Shown: piece by piece, positions 34,627 to 34,705 of the stretch | Position numbering within the stretch: the first letter of the stretch is position 1 | How the letters are laid out: each line of letters opens with the position of its first letter | DNA from: a virus | Taxonomy: Duplodnaviria; Caudoviricetes | Virus record (IMG/VR): IMGVR_UViG_3300042972_000004 | Location: 1 to 34,705 of that record | Direction: 5' to 3' (one strand) | DNA: 34,705 bases | Translations under genes and position numbers: made by a program | The notes under the pieces: model-generated | What the model was told of the DNA's origin: nothing | Database searches by the model: none | The model's input: only the letters and a program-made list of their open reading frames with translations

Positions 34627-34662
34627 TAAAAACGGCCCGCACCTGGGCAAACAGGTACAGGC
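34627..34662 (-). terminator. Minus-strand terminator-like hairpin bounding the cassette region
   Basis: Minus strand GGCCTGTACCTG-TTTGCC-CAGGTGCGGGCC (12 bp with G.U pairs) followed by GTTTTT. Confidence 0.55.
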
Positions 34663-34705
34663 CAAAGAAAAGGTATCACAATAAAAGGATAGCACCATGG
34701 ACGAA

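Overview
The window looks like a complete, circularly permuted genome (about 34.7 kb) of a temperate HK97-like siphovirus in its excised (attP) form. A high-GC Gram-positive host, probably Actinomycetota/Coriobacteriia, is inferred from composition and gene style. Gene order on the + strand: replication/recombination module (SMC-like ATPase, AAA_24/Sak4-like ATPase, SSB-like protein, SF2 helicase with a LAGLIDADG intein, primase-helicase, repeat-rich putative origin, RusA, late activator), HNH-cos-terminase, portal, prohead protease fused to a P-loop domain, capsid, head-tail connectors, tail genes with a -1 frameshifted chaperone, tape measure, baseplate/fibre genes, holin and a signal-peptide amidase endolysin. 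A minus-strand accessory/lysogeny region follows: a candidate acr-aca2-like operon bracketed by 71-bp direct repeats, a glycine-zipper protein, a tyrosine integrase, attP (3' half of tRNA-Phe plus arm repeats) and a repressor/Cro switch. The most unusual element lies just downstream of cro (33747-34662). It is two tandem paralogous cassettes, each a convergent, 3'-overlapping gene pair (small acidic protein plus Zn-ribbon protein). Each cassette is preceded by an identical 18-bp palindrome and enclosed by inverted repeats whose mismatches are all G.U-compatible on the minus strand only. All functional calls come from motif reading, not database searches.
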